Shown: piece by piece, positions 62,391-64,000 of the stretch
Layout: each line of letters opens with the position of its first letter
How positions within the stretch are numbered: the first letter of the stretch is position 1
Source: Vicugna vicugna
Taxonomy: Eukaryota
Assembly: GCA_013265495.1 (NCBI GenBank)
Contig: MU058337.1
Span: forward strand, 746,001 to 810,000
Reading direction: 5' to 3'
Length of the DNA: 64,000 nt
Notes under the pieces: model-generated
The model's database searches: none
Told to the model about the DNA's origin: nothing
What the model saw: the letters and a program-made list of their open reading frames with translations, nothing else
Made by a program: the position numbers and the translations under genes

Positions 62391-64000
62391 GTACAGAGCC
62401 TCGCACGTGGTAAGAGTTTAATAAATTAATGGTTGAGTGAATAAAGTTCATTCATGGGGAACTGAGTGCACAATGCTTATCTGCGTGCCAAGCACCATGT
62501 AAGTCTTTAGTAAGTGTTAACCGCTGTGGTTACCAGCATTTCAACGTTACGAAATGTTTCCCTGCTTTCAGATTTAGGTCAAAAGACACTTAATCACCTC
62601 TGAGCTCGTTTTCTCCAGGTCTGTGTCCGATTGCTCTCTCTTTCAGTTGTGATCATCTCTCATCTTTCATACTTTATTTCTGGTCATCCAAGGTGAAAAA
62701 TCTGTTGAATGAAGAAATGTAAATTACACGGGGAGCCCTGAAACTCTTATACTCTTTTAATCATGATTTTAGAATAGGAAATCCTCATCTAAGTGAAAAC
62801 CAATGAGACTGACAATCAGCTCACCAACTGATTGTTTTGCATTTTCCCTTATACAGTATGAAAATAGTTATATTCATTTGACCCGCAAAACGCAACTTCA
62901 CAGGTATGATGTGGGCCAGTGTACATGCACTTCAATTTCCTATAATTTCCTTTTGTGCACCTACAATTGATATGCATAATGCTGACTCCAAATGACTATA
63001 AGATACTGAAGAACTTTCACTGTCATTGAAAAATAAAGCCTCATCATTCTAGTGTTCATTTTATTTCTTTAATTTTAATTTTTAATATGTGACATATATA
63101 ATTTTATATGTAAATTATTCCTATTATTGGCAACTTTAACCAGAGTACTCCACTTTTTGAAATGTCCTTTCTCTAACTATAGTTAGATGTAGTTTCAATC
63201 TCTAGAATCAACAGATAGTTAATGTTGACTGAAAAATACCTGATTGTTTTTCCTTAAGCAACTTCTCTCTCTACCTAGGTCTCCTGGTAATATTATGACA
63301 CAGATGCAGTGGGAGAAAAGCATTACTTGGCTGGAAAGCATTGTTCATTTTATTAGGTCATGTGGATTTAATTTTATTTAGTATTTTGATGTTAAATATT
63401 TCTGTTTTGAGACTTTGGTTTCTTTGTCTAGGAAAGAGTTAAAATGGGATCCTTCAGCAACTTTCTCTGTCCCAGCAAAAAGCACCAACTATTTAACAAC
63501 TTAGATTGTCTTCCTATTACTGGACACATGGCCACCCCTTGGTGAACCTTACACTGGGTGCTGTAACCCCCCTAAAAGTGTCCCCGGGGAGCCCACTTCC
63601 CACAAGGACTTCCTTCTAACACAAGATGCTTTGTAAGGCATAAGTTACATTTATCCCAGCTTCAGTTGTTACACACTTCAATGAGTGTTCTTTGAAGTGT
63701 CCTCTATTCTTCCCCCATCTTTCTGATGTGCTGTCACAGAAGAATCCTCATCATGTGCATCTTGCATGTAACACAGCCCCACCGTGACCTCCCGAGAAAT
63801 TGGAATTGAGTGCCCAAGGAAGTTTGCATCTCTTTTTGAGAATAATCTCAAACCTAAAATTCTGTTTGGAGACCAATGTGAACAGTAATTATACTGTACC
63901 TATAACTTGCGGTTGGTTGTAAACACAGATTACAAACTATGACCTAATGCCCTTAACCAGATGTTACCAAAGCTCTCCAGAAGGCACGTTGCAAATTCTG

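Noticed and set aside
1..64000. CRISPR array, operon-like or prokaryotic/viral insert, rRNA/snRNA/miRNA genes
   Set aside because: No regularly spaced repeat-spacer array, no gene-dense segment and no recognisable structural RNA or long hairpin seen by eye. An Infernal/Rfam scan would be needed to exclude divergent ncRNAs.

Overview
Non-coding mammalian DNA, very probably camelid (Camelus/Vicugna/Lama). The evidence is one tRNA-Ala-derived Vic-1-type SINE at ~55.0 kb plus cetartiodactyl-type L1 3' ends. I found no protein-coding exon or RNA gene I can support. The supplied ORFs are chance ORFs or L1 remnants, so this is a large intron or intergenic tract whose host gene I cannot name. It is a mosaic of L1, L2, MIR, MaLR/ERVL solo LTRs and hAT/TcMar DNA-transposon relics. 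Between these lie repeat-poor, homeobox-motif-rich blocks and several small orphan CpG-rich patches. The best leads are: an ancient MLT1 LTR that appears to have gained G/C and CpG (candidate GC-biased gene conversion scar); an inverted double octamer; short dispersed duplications (exact 23-mer, near-exact 26-mer); clustered palindromes; and a SINE head that still folds as a full tRNA cloverleaf. I see no convincing new multi-gene system. Repeat subfamily names come from recalled consensus sequences and need RepeatMasker confirmation. Boundaries are approximate unless termini or TSDs are quoted.
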